A stretch of DNA of 64,000 nucleotides from an uncultured Methylomarinum sp. (GCA_964397365.1 CAYNIU010000001.1:16320-80319); one strand, 5' to 3'; positions 21,183 through 31,380 are shown, counted from the stretch's first letter. Numbers and translations: made by a program. The notes: a model not told the origin generated them from the letters alone.

Positions 21183-21436
21183 TTAGGTCGGCAATGGTTG
21201 AAAAATGATGGGCAATTGATGCTGTTGGGCTAGTGTTATTTAACATCAAAATTATACTGCTAATATTCCATTGTAAGTTATAATTTTAACCCTTTTTAAA
21301 CCCGATTGTTCTGCTAGTCTTAGGTATTCAGTTTTTTAGTTTGGTCTCGCATTTTTAGACACACGTATATTTTTTAGGTTATTTGTGTTGTGTGTCCGGT
21401 TTGGTGTAGTCACTTCACAACTACAATTCAGCTGTT

Positions 21437-23035
21437 TCAGGAAAAATTCTGTTGCTTAAAATACTCAGCATTAACGGGTCTGCCATAAAAATACCCTTGC
21501 ACGTCGTCACAGGATTCCTGGCTTAAAAAATCTGCCTGTTCTTTTTTTTCGACTCCTTCAGCAATGACGGATAAGCCTAGAGCCTGACCCATGTTGATAA
21601 TAGCCCGAACAATAGCCACATCATTATTATGATGTGGTAGTTCATGAACAAATGACTGGTCAATTTTCAGTCGATCAACATGAAATCGTTTTAAATAGGC
21701 TAAAGAAGAATATCCGGTTCCAAAATCATCTATTGCTAAAGCCACGCCAATTTTTTTAAATGCATCCAGCGTTTCTGCAACCATTTCCATGGAGCCGATT
21801 AGAGCGCTTTCGGTAATTTCGATTTCAAGACGATTGGCTGGTAATCCCGTTTCATCAAGAATATTCTGTACTGTACGTACAATATCCGGTTGTTTAAATT
21901 GAATTGCTGAGAGGTTAACCGATATTCGTCCTTTAAAATGGCCTGATTTTATCCAAATTAATGTTTGAATACAGGCTTTTCTTAAAACCACATTGCCTAT
22001 TTCTAAAATCAAGCCAATTTCTTCGGTCAGCCAAATAAACTCGGCTGGCGAAATCCAGCCTTTTTGGGGATGTTGCCAGCGAACCAATGCTTCAGCACCA
22101 GATAAACTTTTGGTTTTAAGGTTGAATTGAGGTTGGTAAAACACTGCAAATTCATCATTTTTCAAGGCCAGACGTAGTTCGGTTTCCAGTGAGAATCTTG
22201 AATGAGCCGCCATTGTTTGTTCAGGCGAATAAAAACAATAGGTATTTTTGCCCGTTGACTTGGCTTCATACATGGCCGAGTCAGCATGTTTGAGCAAGTC
22301 ATCGCTGTTGTTTGTATCACTGGGATAGAAGCTAATGCCGAGACTGATAGTCAAATAGATTTTTTTGTTTCCGATATAAAAGGGATCATTAAAAGTAGAC
22401 TGAATCTGTTTCACCAGTTTTTTGATAAACTTTTTATCTTCAAATTCTTCGATGAGTACAACAAACTCATCACCACCCAGCCGAGCAAAAGTATCACAGG
22501 AGCGGATGATTTTACTTAACCTTCCTGCAATCTGCCGCAAAATTTGATCACCCGCAGCATGGCCTTCGGAATCATTGATATTCCTGAAACGATCCAGATC
22601 CAGGAGCACCAGAGCGATTTTTTTATGTTTGTTTTGAGCCTGAGTCAAGGCATGTTTTAATCGATCCTTAAATAAAAAACGATTGGGGAGGTTTGTCACT
22701 GAATCATAATGAGCCAGCTTTTCAAATGCCTCTACCCGTTCGGCCACTTTCAGTTCCAGAAGATCACGATCACTTGCAAGGTTTTTGTTTTTTTCCTTCA
22801 GTAAAATATTTTGCCTTTTGATGACAGCTTTTTGTTGCTCCAGTTGAAGGTTGAGTTCGGCAAGTTGTTTCTTGCTGTTGTTCATGTCGTATATCGTTTC
22901 CACCAGAAGATCGGCCTTGACCTGGTGCAAATAAGCCAGACAGCGCATTCGTAAAGTATTTTCTGTCAGTTGCCGGTTGATTTGCTGTACATCAGAAACT
23001 TGTCGTATTCCAGCTTGAACGATATTTTCCGTCAT
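21437..23035 (-). CDS. Coiled-coil + GGDEF + EAL protein
   Basis: RSCDTFARLGGDEF (I-site RxxD present). EALVRW, DDFGTGYSSL and AEGVE are intact. Confidence 0.93.
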   Translation of the reverse strand: MTENIVQAGIRQVSDVQQINRQLTENTLRMRCLAYLHQVKADLLVETIYDMNNSKKQLAELNLQLEQQKAVIKRQNILLKEKNKNLASDRDLLELKVAERVEAFEKLAHYDSVTNLPNRFLFKDRLKHALTQAQNKHKKIALVLLDLDRFRNINDSEGHAAGDQILRQIAGRLSKIIRSCDTFARLGGDEFVVLIEEFEDKKFIKKLVKQIQSTFNDPFYIGNKKIYLTISLGISFYPSDTNNSDDLLKHADSAMYEAKSTGKNTYCFYSPEQTMAAHSRFSLETELRLALKNDEFAVFYQPQFNLKTKSLSGAEALVRWQHPQKGWISPAEFIWLTEEIGLILEIGNVVLRKACIQTLIWIKSGHFKGRISVNLSAIQFKQPDIVRTVQNILDETGLPANRLEIEITESALIGSMEMVAETLDAFKKIGVALAIDDFGTGYSSLAYLKRFHVDRLKIDQSFVHELPHHNNDVAIVRAIINMGQALGLSVIAEGVEKKEQADFLSQESCDDVQGYFYGRPVNAEYFKQQNFS

Positions 23036-23778
23036 AACTCCAGTCCATCAATCAAATCAATGCCACAGGGAAGTTGCTTAAGGTGTTCTATGGCTTTGCT
23101 GATATTTCCGTCTTCCAGAATTGAGCCATGCTGTGGTAAAACACGATCCAGTTCCAGTTTTTCAAATTGTTTCATGCAATGCCTCAGGATTCGGTTGCTG
23201 GGCATATATTCCTGATGGAACAAATCCATTGGCGTTAGAAAATCTCCCTTGGCAAACAAAGACCAGTCTTTGGAAATTGCTGCAAAAATATCGCTACTGA
23301 ACAGACTTCGGGTTTGTGTGTCATAAGTGGCGATAGCGCCGGGAGAATGCAAGTAAGGCGTATGGATAAATTGAAGCTCTCGTCCTGATTTTAGAATCAG
23401 TTTATTATCATGTTCGTCTGTTCTATAAAATTCAGATCTTAATCCAATGTGCTGAATTAGGCGGGTCGTATTGGAATGCGCCACAATTTTCAGATCATGC
23501 CGGTTGATGACATCCTCCACTACCGCCAGATTGCCGCAGACATCAGGATCCTGATGTTGGGCGATGACATAGGAGATATTTTCCGGATTGACCAAATCCA
23601 TGACCTTGCGCATAATGGAAGGAAAATCTGGGATCGAACCTGGGTCAATGAAAACAATATCTTCATCATCAATCAACAGATAAGGATTGCAATGAAGGCT
23701 TTGTTCTTGATCATAATAGCCGACCCAGTAAATATCCCTCGTCGCGGCGACAGGATTGTCATAATCAATATTGACCAC
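23032..23778 (-). CDS. ODP-type metallo-beta-lactamase-fold protein
   Basis: LHCNPYLL, IDPGS, QHQDPDVC, YLHSPG, SSDIF, FHQEYMPS, PQHG. 4-bp overlap with the downstream GGDEF-EAL gene. Confidence 0.82.
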   Translation of the reverse strand: MVNIDYDNPVAATRDIYWVGYYDQEQSLHCNPYLLIDDEDIVFIDPGSIPDFPSIMRKVMDLVNPENISYVIAQHQDPDVCGNLAVVEDVINRHDLKIVAHSNTTRLIQHIGLRSEFYRTDEHDNKLILKSGRELQFIHTPYLHSPGAIATYDTQTRSLFSSDIFAAISKDWSLFAKGDFLTPMDLFHQEYMPSNRILRHCMKQFEKLELDRVLPQHGSILEDGNISKAIEHLKQLPCGIDLIDGLEL

Positions 23779-24006
23779 TTTCTTCCAGACTCCTTTGCAA
23801 GTTCATTCAGTTGTACTTTGTTCAGCAGCAAATTTCCCTAAGATATTTAGGTTTTTGCAGAATATAGCATATTTATAAGTATCGTGAAGATTGAAGTGAC
23901 TAACTAAATCCGGTATATCTTTAAAATAACCTAAAGATGAGATTGAAGGATAATAAAGCTTGGCTGGAGTGTGGAGGGAGTAGAGCCGTTTTAATGTGCC
24001 AAAAAT

Positions 24007-24169
24007 CTAACTACTCAACCTAATTAATTAGACGAAAGGTCTTCAATATCAGTTGCTTGTAGAAGCTGTATAGGTGAAATGGGGGCCACATTCAAGTCTA
24101 CATGGAGGTATTTACGGTATTTTATGAAGTAACTGACTGATATTAAATGTATATATGCTGAGGAGTTAG
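24007..24169. mobile_element. MITE family A, copy 3
   Basis: TIRs CTAACTACTCAAC / GCTGAGGAGTTAG. Interior homologous to 5345-5495. Flanks CCAAAAAT / CCAAAAAA. Confidence 0.75.
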
Positions 24170-24232
24170 CCAAAAAAAATTTAGGGGGGAATTTATTATA
24201 CAAGTTGCAATTGACTTTCAATCATAATTTGT

Positions 24233-24266
24233 GAAGCCACCGGCTTTTGGCCGGTGGTATGCTTAC
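24233..24266. other. GC hairpin downstream of the TonB-receptor gene; possible terminator or IS200/IS605-like end remnant
   Basis: GAAG-CCACCGGC-TTTTG-GCCGGTGG-TATGCTTAC (stem 24237-24244 / 24250-24257). Confidence 0.5.
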
Positions 24267-24286
24267 AAAATAATCCTGATATTTCT

Positions 24287-26560
24287 TTAAAATTCCAGTT
24301 CCAGTCCAGCATAAGCAAACATGGGCATTCCGGGTCGTGGGCCTTCAGGCTGACGTGAACTGACGTAGTTTTCATCAAGAAGGTTCTGTATGCCAGCAAA
24401 TAATTTGATGCCATCCTTGATTCGGTAAAAGGCGGATGCATCCATAATAAAATAGCTGTCAGTTTTACCGAAACGGGCGTCGGGACTGCCTGTACCGTTA
24501 ATCTGATCATTGACATTATTGGCGCTGGTGAATGTATCACTCACATAGCTTCCACTGACATAAGCGCCCCATTTTTCCGATTCAATGCCCGTTCCCATGC
24601 TGAATATCAACTCAGGTATATAGGGTACTTGATTACCAGCCTTGCCATAACTGAAGATGGATTCTGCATCAGTAGAGGTCGCGCTGTTCTCTTGGGTTGC
24701 GTTGGTGTATGTCGCGGTAAAATACCATGGGTTGCTGTAGATCCAGTTGTTGGCTGTGCCCGGGTCATATTGGGCGGAAAACTCCAGACCACTGCTGTTC
24801 ACTCGGCCAAAGTTTTCTGTTTCACCAGTACCCGTTCCACCGATATTATCAATTACAATCAGATCGTTAAACTGGGTGTAAAACCCTACTGCGCTAATAG
24901 ATAGCGCCTGTTCAAGGTTCGTATAACGCAGACCTAATTCGTAGGCATTGCTGGTTTCTTCTTTGATACCGGCCACCGCACTTTTGGGGCTTGGAGGAGA
25001 AAACCCACGGTTAATACTGCCGAAGCCTGTCCAGGAGTCATTGAACTGATAGATAACGCCTAGGCTGCCGGCCAGCATATCCAGGTTATTGACGCCAGAC
25101 TTGTTGGGTTTGCTAAAATCTTCGTAAGTCTGATCCAGATTTTCATAGCGGATGCCAGGGGTAAATGACCACGCCCCGACCTTAATGGTATCTTGTAGGA
25201 ATAATGCCAGAGCATCAGTTTTTTGCAGGCGGTTGCCGGCGCCGCCGGGAATGCCGGTTGTTTTGTTATCAATTGTGCCGTTGGCCTGTTGGCTGTAATC
25301 GTCATCCCACTGGAAACGGCGTACCCTGTCCATGTTAAAACGAATACCAGCGGTAATTTCATGCTGTACTGCATCGGTATCGAAACGGTAGTAAGCGACG
25401 CTGTCAATGCCTTTTGAGTTGTATTTTCGGTTATTGGCGCGTATACGCAAAGTACAGTCCAGGTCGCCTTTAAGGCAGGCCAGACCTTCTCCATTCTGTA
25501 CACCAGCTAGAGCAGGAGACAGTTTAATTGTATTGCCATTAACATTGCGTAGATCCTTGAGTTTGTACCAGTTACGCGAAAAGTTGTTATTGTACAAGGT
25601 TGTGGTAATATCCAGATTGTCAGTAGGTGAAATCGTATAACGCAAATAGCCGCGTTTTTGATTGCTGCGGATATTATCAAAGCGGGTGGCCGCATAACGA
25701 CGAAAAGGATCAGCTGCAAAATCGGCTTCGCTCAAACCCAGGTAGGTTTCATTGGCATCCAGGTCGGAGCTGCCATACTTGAACTCAAAGTGCTGGTAAA
25801 TAGAGGTATTGGGTTCCCAGGAAAGTTTGATCATAGGGTCGAACTTGGTGAAACCGGTATTATTGCCATTCTGGAAATCAGGTGTTTCATCAATGGATTT
25901 ATACCCCTTGTTTTGACGGAAATATCCTTCCAGCAGAATGCCGATTTTCCCCATGCTAGTGGTAAATGTATTTCCGGCATAAGCGTGTGTACGCAGATCA
26001 TCAAAGCTACCATAAGATGACTTCAGATAGGCGGTTTTTTGAAGAGGAATTGGGGTGGATAAATAATTGATGACCCCTCCCGTCGTTTGTGGGCCATATT
26101 TAACCTGACTGGAACCTTTGAGAACCTCTATAGCGCTCATACGGCCAATAGTCGGTGAGTAATACGCCGCAGGAGCTGAATAGGGCGCCGGTGCAGTCAG
26201 TACGCCATCTTCCATGACTGTAATTTTGGCGCTACGGGTGGTATCTACACCACGAAGGCTGATATTGGGGAACAGCCCAAAGCCATCTTCTTGGCGCACA
26301 TATACTCCAGGCACCTTGCGAAGCGCTTGACTTATATCATCGTAATTTTGCTGACGAATATCTTCTTTCGTCACGATGTGTGCTGATCCAGGTAATTCTT
26401 CAATATTGGACGGATCACCGATCACCATAAACTTTTCCAATACGTTGATAGTCGATTTCTTTTCGGAGTTATCGTCAGCAGCATCTGCTGATAATGTCAT
26501 ACCCATAGATAAGGCAGCGAAGATGCTGTGAAATAAATTAGGCGGTATTTTCACTTTCAT
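24287..26560 (-). CDS. TonB-dependent receptor, FecA-like family
   Basis: Signal peptide, plug ALRKVPGVYV..NISLRG..IEVLKG, C-terminal GLELEF. ATG at 26560 has a GAGG RBS. Confidence 0.9.
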   Translation of the reverse strand: MKVKIPPNLFHSIFAALSMGMTLSADAADDNSEKKSTINVLEKFMVIGDPSNIEELPGSAHIVTKEDIRQQNYDDISQALRKVPGVYVRQEDGFGLFPNISLRGVDTTRSAKITVMEDGVLTAPAPYSAPAAYYSPTIGRMSAIEVLKGSSQVKYGPQTTGGVINYLSTPIPLQKTAYLKSSYGSFDDLRTHAYAGNTFTTSMGKIGILLEGYFRQNKGYKSIDETPDFQNGNNTGFTKFDPMIKLSWEPNTSIYQHFEFKYGSSDLDANETYLGLSEADFAADPFRRYAATRFDNIRSNQKRGYLRYTISPTDNLDITTTLYNNNFSRNWYKLKDLRNVNGNTIKLSPALAGVQNGEGLACLKGDLDCTLRIRANNRKYNSKGIDSVAYYRFDTDAVQHEITAGIRFNMDRVRRFQWDDDYSQQANGTIDNKTTGIPGGAGNRLQKTDALALFLQDTIKVGAWSFTPGIRYENLDQTYEDFSKPNKSGVNNLDMLAGSLGVIYQFNDSWTGFGSINRGFSPPSPKSAVAGIKEETSNAYELGLRYTNLEQALSISAVGFYTQFNDLIVIDNIGGTGTGETENFGRVNSSGLEFSAQYDPGTANNWIYSNPWYFTATYTNATQENSATSTDAESIFSYGKAGNQVPYIPELIFSMGTGIESEKWGAYVSGSYVSDTFTSANNVNDQINGTGSPDARFGKTDSYFIMDASAFYRIKDGIKLFAGIQNLLDENYVSSRQPEGPRPGMPMFAYAGLELEF

Positions 26561-26638
26561 AACCTCATTGTTCAGTTTCCAAATAGACGGTAAAGCCATC
26601 CCGGAACAGTTTTGTCGTGGTAAAGGGGGGGCTTAATA

Positions 26639-26685
26639 TGGCTGGCTACTGTCCACATCACTGTGATGAGGTCGATTGGCTGGCT
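26639..26685 (-). promoter_or_regulatory. Twin AGCCAGCCA boxes flanking a hairpin in the receptor leader (putative HemP/HmuP-responsive element)
   Basis: TGGCTGGCT at 26639-26647 and 26677-26685 on the + strand, with a CATCA-CTG-TGATG hairpin between them. Confidence 0.5.
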
Positions 26686-26714
26686 TTGAGGGGTCATTAT
26701 GCATACATTGTCAT

Positions 26715-26755
26715 TATTTGTAAATGAGAATCTATGCTTTTCGTATTTACAAATA
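26715..26755. promoter_or_regulatory. Fur-box-like operator in the divergent receptor/hemP promoter
   Basis: Perfect 11-bp inverted repeat TATTTGTAAAT / ATTTACAAATA overlapping AAATGAGAATC (Fur-like half site). Confidence 0.55.
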
Positions 26756-26792
26756 TTTAAGAGTTGTTATTATTTGGTTATGGTTTTAAGCA

Positions 26793-27005
26793 ATGACTAT
26801 TAAAAAATACAATGCTATGAAAAAACAAACACAAGCTCCTCCGGCAACAGTTTTAGGGAAACAGTTATTTTCAGGTGAAATAACGGAAAACAGGTTTGAC
26901 AGTCAGGCACTTTTTGCCGGTCATCGTGAGGTTTTGATTGAACATGCAGGACATGTATACCGGTTACGAATTACCCGGCAGGACAAGTTGATTCTAACTA
27001 AATAA
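26793..27005 (+). CDS. hemP: Hemin uptake protein HemP/HmuP
   Basis: DSQALFAGHREVLIEHAGHVYRLRITRQDKLILTK signature. Confidence 0.92.
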   Translation: MTIKKYNAMKKQTQAPPATVLGKQLFSGEITENRFDSQALFAGHREVLIEHAGHVYRLRITRQDKLILTK

Positions 27006-27096
27006 ATTAAAAGGGATGGATTACAGGATAAAAGCCGCTTTTGACAATAGTTGTGGGGGTAAAGCTGTGAATAGATCACTTTACAAACTGGTGTCA

Positions 27097-27316
27097 GCCC
27101 CTCAAAAAAGGTAGGAGCAGGCTATGGATTGATCAGGCTTGTGCAACAAGGATGTGCCACCAAAATCTATGACTGCAAGCCATTGATTTTGTGAGCAAAG
27201 CGGAAATTGCATTTCCGCTTTGTGGGTGCTGACAAATCAGGGATGATTTGTTCAGCGCTTCCCTAGCGCTACAGGGAGGTATTGACGCGTCCTGATCAAT
27301 CCATAGCCTGCACCCG
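27097..27316. repeat. Palindromic element family C containing a family B MITE (27146-27262)
   Basis: Perfect 21-bp inverted repeat GCAGGCTATGGATTGATCAGG (27117-27137) / CCTGATCAATCCATAGCCTGC (27291-27311). The inner B copy ends TTGTTCAGCGCTTCC|CTAG. Confidence 0.75.
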
Positions 27317-27381
27317 CTCAATAAATACCGGATGAGTGGATACGAATAATGATAAAGTCATTGTTGGAAGTCAAGGATTCA

Positions 27382-29625
27382 TTATAATTTCCAGATACTT
27401 GCAAGACTGGTGAAGTCATCAGTCCAGGACTGAATGGATGAATGCAATTGCAATATTTGCCAGTTCTGGTTTTTACCGGTCAGTAACGGTTGTAAAGAGT
27501 GAATGTTACGAGCCAGTACCACCCAGTCTGATTTATGGACTAATGGGAGTTTATTTTGGGGTCGAAATTCCTGTATTACTGCTGATAATCCCAGTTTTTC
27601 GGCATGATCAGAGAGAACCTGTTTTAATTCCAGATAGTGGTTGGAAATATGGAAAACGACCAGGCCATTGTCATTTAGACGGGAGAAATAAAGTTCTACG
27701 GCTTCTTTGGTCAATAAATGCGTCGGGATGGAATCGGAGGTGAACGCATCAATGATCAGTAAATCAAAATGTAACGCATTTTGTTTTTCCAGTGATAATC
27801 TGGCATCTCCTACATGAATGTCATAGCGGTTGACACAATTTTTCAGATAACTGAAAAGTTTTGTATTAGTGGCAATATTGACGACAGCGGGATTGAGTTC
27901 ATAAAACTGCCAGTTCTGAGCGTTTTTGGCATAGGCTCCCAGTCCACCACTTCCTAAACCAACAATACCGATTTGCCATTGTTCATTCCGATGATGATAA
28001 GCTTGAAAAAGCTGACCAATAGGCCCTTGTATGCCATAGTAGCTCAAGGGTGTACAAGCTCTGTTATTATCCATCAGTTGTGAACCATGCTCGGTGGAAC
28101 CACTATAAAGTGTATGCAGTATTTCATTTTGTGTTCCTGAGTCAGTTTGAATGTTTTCAGTAACCGATAGAACGCCGTAAAAATTTCGCGTTTGCAGTAA
28201 TGGTTGGTTTTCGTGTTTTTGCAGAGGTGATGTACAGGACGCTATGACGCTGCTATACAGTGCAAGATAAATGATATTTTTGTGAAAAATGAAATAATTG
28301 GCGATTATGGCGGTGATAATCACTCCCAGAGCCAGGTTATTGGTCAGTTGCTGATAATTAAAATATACCAGCGCAGCGAAAAAAAGCAGGTAGGATAACA
28401 ATACAATTATTGTTCTGTTTTCCTGTAAATGACCCCGTTTCTTTTTATTGTAGGGGTTAAGCAGTAATGCTGCGATGATCATCAGAGGATATTCATACAA
28501 GTCATTAAATATGAAGGGTACAACAAAGTTGTTAAATAGCCCTCCTAACATGCCGCCAAACGACATAATTAAATAATAATGGGTCAGATAATTTGCAGCC
28601 GGTCGTTTTAATGCCAGCTCGCCATGACAAATCATAATGGAAATAAAAAACACTAGCAGGTGTAATGCCAGTTCCAGAGTATAATCAGCAAGTTTTTCAT
28701 TTGAAAAGAAATAGATCAAAAATGGAGTAATAATCCAGGGCTGAAAAATAACAATCCATTTATGCACCCTATTATTGTATTTTGAAAAAACAATAATGAA
28801 TGAAATGAGGTATAAGGCCAATGGAATAATCCACAGCAAAGGAACCGAAGCAATATCGGTACTGATAAAGTTAGTGGTGCCAATTAGCAGGCTGGAGGGG
28901 ATAAAAGATAAAATCAACCATTTGAGTTTTAAGGACAATGGCGGCTGCACTGTTAGTGCTGAATAATGATTTGATTGAATTTGGGGGGCTGTTTTGGTTT
29001 GTCTTGTCAATGACATGCAAAAAGCAATCAATGCACAGAGCATGACAAAACAGACGCTCCACAGTTGTTGCTGATCCGTTAATCCTATATTGGGTTCAAA
29101 TATCAGCGGGTAACTCAACAAGGCCAGCAGGCTGCCAGTATTGCTGGCAATAGAGAGGAAATAAGGGTCGTGGCTGCTTCGATGACCTATGGTTGAGAAC
29201 CACTTTTGCAGTAACGGCGAGGTCGTTGAAAGAATAAAAAAGGGTAATCCGATAGCCATCCATAACACCGAGAGTAGCCATATAGTCGGATCTGTTTCTG
29301 TCGGTGGGGTGTTGTTTTCAGCCACTCCGATGGGAATAAAAATCAGGCTAAGCAGAAACAATAGACTATGTACCCGGAATTGCTGGTAAATCTGTAAACG
29401 GTGACTTAGAAAATGGGCGTAGAGATAGCCCAGAAACAGAATACTCTGGTAAAAAACCATGCAGGTATTCCATACCGAAGCAGCGCCGCCGAGAGAGGGC
29501 AGAAGAACCTTGCCAAACATGGGCTGCAAAATAAACATTAGACAGGCGCTCATGAAGAGCGTTAACGAAAATAAGAGTACAGGAGCAAAATCATGTCGGC
29601 TTTCGCTCTTTTGAGCAATATCCAT
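27382..29625 (-). CDS. Fused membrane domain / spermidine-synthase-like SAM-dependent protein
   Basis: Many TM helices (QPMFGK...LGGAASVWNTC), RNFYGVL, GIVGLGSG, FYELNP, GDARLSL, IDAFTSDSIPTHLLT, WTDDF. Confidence 0.88.
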   Translation of the reverse strand: MDIAQKSESRHDFAPVLLFSLTLFMSACLMFILQPMFGKVLLPSLGGAASVWNTCMVFYQSILFLGYLYAHFLSHRLQIYQQFRVHSLLFLLSLIFIPIGVAENNTPPTETDPTIWLLSVLWMAIGLPFFILSTTSPLLQKWFSTIGHRSSHDPYFLSIASNTGSLLALLSYPLIFEPNIGLTDQQQLWSVCFVMLCALIAFCMSLTRQTKTAPQIQSNHYSALTVQPPLSLKLKWLILSFIPSSLLIGTTNFISTDIASVPLLWIIPLALYLISFIIVFSKYNNRVHKWIVIFQPWIITPFLIYFFSNEKLADYTLELALHLLVFFISIMICHGELALKRPAANYLTHYYLIMSFGGMLGGLFNNFVVPFIFNDLYEYPLMIIAALLLNPYNKKKRGHLQENRTIIVLLSYLLFFAALVYFNYQQLTNNLALGVIITAIIANYFIFHKNIIYLALYSSVIASCTSPLQKHENQPLLQTRNFYGVLSVTENIQTDSGTQNEILHTLYSGSTEHGSQLMDNNRACTPLSYYGIQGPIGQLFQAYHHRNEQWQIGIVGLGSGGLGAYAKNAQNWQFYELNPAVVNIATNTKLFSYLKNCVNRYDIHVGDARLSLEKQNALHFDLLIIDAFTSDSIPTHLLTKEAVELYFSRLNDNGLVVFHISNHYLELKQVLSDHAEKLGLSAVIQEFRPQNKLPLVHKSDWVVLARNIHSLQPLLTGKNQNWQILQLHSSIQSWTDDFTSLASIWKL

Positions 29626-29957
29626 ACGTTATTACCTATGCGCTGATTTACGAGTTAATAAGTCTTGAAATTTTTTAGGGTGTGACCGATAAAATTTAAA
29701 TTTTCTCCATAAATAGTGGAAAAATCAACTAATAGAAAAAGTGAAATTGAGAAAAAATCTGGATGAAGGAGTTGGCCGTGTTAATTGACTTGATGGACTA
29801 TTGATAACGACAGTATTCACGAGGTAAAGGCCTGGAGATGCGATCTTGATAAAGAACACGGAAATATCTGTTTTTTGGGTACTGATGTCATAATCAAAAT
29901 GTTTTTCTAGCTATTCAGAGTATATGCATTTAATATCAGGCATTTACCTCAGAAGGT

Positions 29958-30046
29958 GCCGTGAATACCTCCCTGTAGCTCTGTGCAATATCCATGTTGC
30001 ACAGGCCTGATCAATCTATAGCCTGCACCCACCTTTTTTGAGGGGG
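29958..30046 (-). repeat. Family C element fragment lacking the B insertion (reverse orientation)
   Basis: Its reverse complement matches 27097-27155 joined to 27268-27289. Confidence 0.7.
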
Positions 30047-30094
30047 GCGAGTAACGTGGCGGAGACTGAAATTGCAAGAAAAAATGCCAAGTCT

Positions 30095-30204
30095 ATGTCA
30101 TCAAGATATATGGCTGCAACCCATTGATTTTATAAGAAAATTTGGGGTTGCATTTCCGCTTTGTGGGCGCTGAACAAATTAGGGAGGATTTGTTCAGCGC
30201 TTCC
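30095..30204 (+). mobile_element. MITE family B right portion directly behind the modC stop codon
   Basis: GCATTTCCGCTTTGTGGGCGCTGAACAAATTAGGGAGGATTTGTTCAGCGCTTCC is nearly identical to 27209-27262. Confidence 0.72.
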
Positions 30205-30207
30205 CTA

Positions 30208-31380
30208 TTAATCTTCCCAGCGTAGAGGTTGGTAGGGCATTAGATGTATTCCCTCAGCGAGTAATGAAATACCGATTTTTTCATTGATTCCAAGCCGGTT
30301 ACGTCGTGCTACATGAACTGGGACGTTGACAGTAAGGTTTATTTTTGATTTCTGTTCAATTTGAATTAACAAGTTGGCTAAACCATTAATCTCAAAATAT
30401 TCAATGATGTGGCCCGATAACGGATTTTCCCGCTCACCCTTAGATGGACGGTCACGGCGATGCAATAAAATATCGGATGATTGGATCATCCAGCAAACCC
30501 GTTGTTTATTCTGAAACTGTGGTTGATAAGCGGCTTCCAGTTCCCGGCCTCGCCACAGTAAACGAGTGGTTCGCTGACTGCTGTCGTGACCCTGAACCTG
30601 AGCGCTAAACAGATTTTGTTGATTCATCAGCCGGGCAATAGTGGCGCTGTCAGGATGCGCTGCAACAAATTCCGGTGTTCCGGATTGTAAAATTTCGCCT
30701 TTGTACAACAGCGCCATCCGGTCAGCCAGTAAAGCGGCTTCTTCCAGATCGTGGGTAACCAAGATGATGGGTATGGACAGCGATTGCTTCAGCCCCATCA
30801 GTTCCCGATACAGTTTACGTCGGGTGACCTGATCGACGGCCGAGAACGGTTCATCCAGTAATAAAATCCTCGGTTGCCGCGCCAATGCCCGGGCCACGGC
30901 AACCCGTTGTTGCTGGCCGCCAGACAATGTTTTCGGGTAGCGTTTTTCCATGCCGTCAAGATGCACTCTTGTTAACAAGTCCAATGCCGCGGAGTGTCGC
31001 TGTGGTTTGGGAATATCATTTAATGCCTGCTGGATATTCTCTAAGACTGTCATGTGGGGGAACAGTGCATAATGCTGAAATACCAGGCCGACATGACGAA
31101 GATGGGGTGGCAAAAACAACTTCTGCGCACTATTTTGCCAGACCTTATCTTCACAGATAATATGTCCTCTTTGAACCTGATACAGTCCGGCGATAGCACG
31201 TAGAATCGTGGTTTTACCGCTACCGGAAGGGCCGACCAGCGCCAGTAGTTCGCCGCTATGGCAATGCAATTGCACCGCTAATGGAATGGGATGCTGCTGC
31301 TGCAGATTGATTTGAACGCTTGGTTTATCTAGCACGCCTGAACTGCTGGATTTAGCCAGCGGATTGCTTGGAGTTTTCAT
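30208..31380 (-). CDS. modC: Molybdate ABC transporter ATP-binding protein
   Basis: GPSGSGKT, LSGGQQQR, LLLDEPFS, TOBE-like tail. In an operon with modB and modA. Confidence 0.88.
   Translation of the reverse strand: MKTPSNPLAKSSSSGVLDKPSVQINLQQQHPIPLAVQLHCHSGELLALVGPSGSGKTTILRAIAGLYQVQRGHIICEDKVWQNSAQKLFLPPHLRHVGLVFQHYALFPHMTVLENIQQALNDIPKPQRHSAALDLLTRVHLDGMEKRYPKTLSGGQQQRVAVARALARQPRILLLDEPFSAVDQVTRRKLYRELMGLKQSLSIPIILVTHDLEEAALLADRMALLYKGEILQSGTPEFVAAHPDSATIARLMNQQNLFSAQVQGHDSSQRTTRLLWRGRELEAAYQPQFQNKQRVCWMIQSSDILLHRRDRPSKGERENPLSGHIIEYFEINGLANLLIQIEQKSKINLTVNVPVHVARRNRLGINEKIGISLLAEGIHLMPYQPLRWED

Noticed and set aside
21044-24000. Integrative element at tRNA-Lys
   Set aside because: No integrase, and I found no duplicated tRNA 3' end (attR) in the window.
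29666-29692. Sigma28-like promoter TGAA-N15-ACCGATAA
   Set aside because: It has two mismatches to consensus and no downstream + strand gene to drive.
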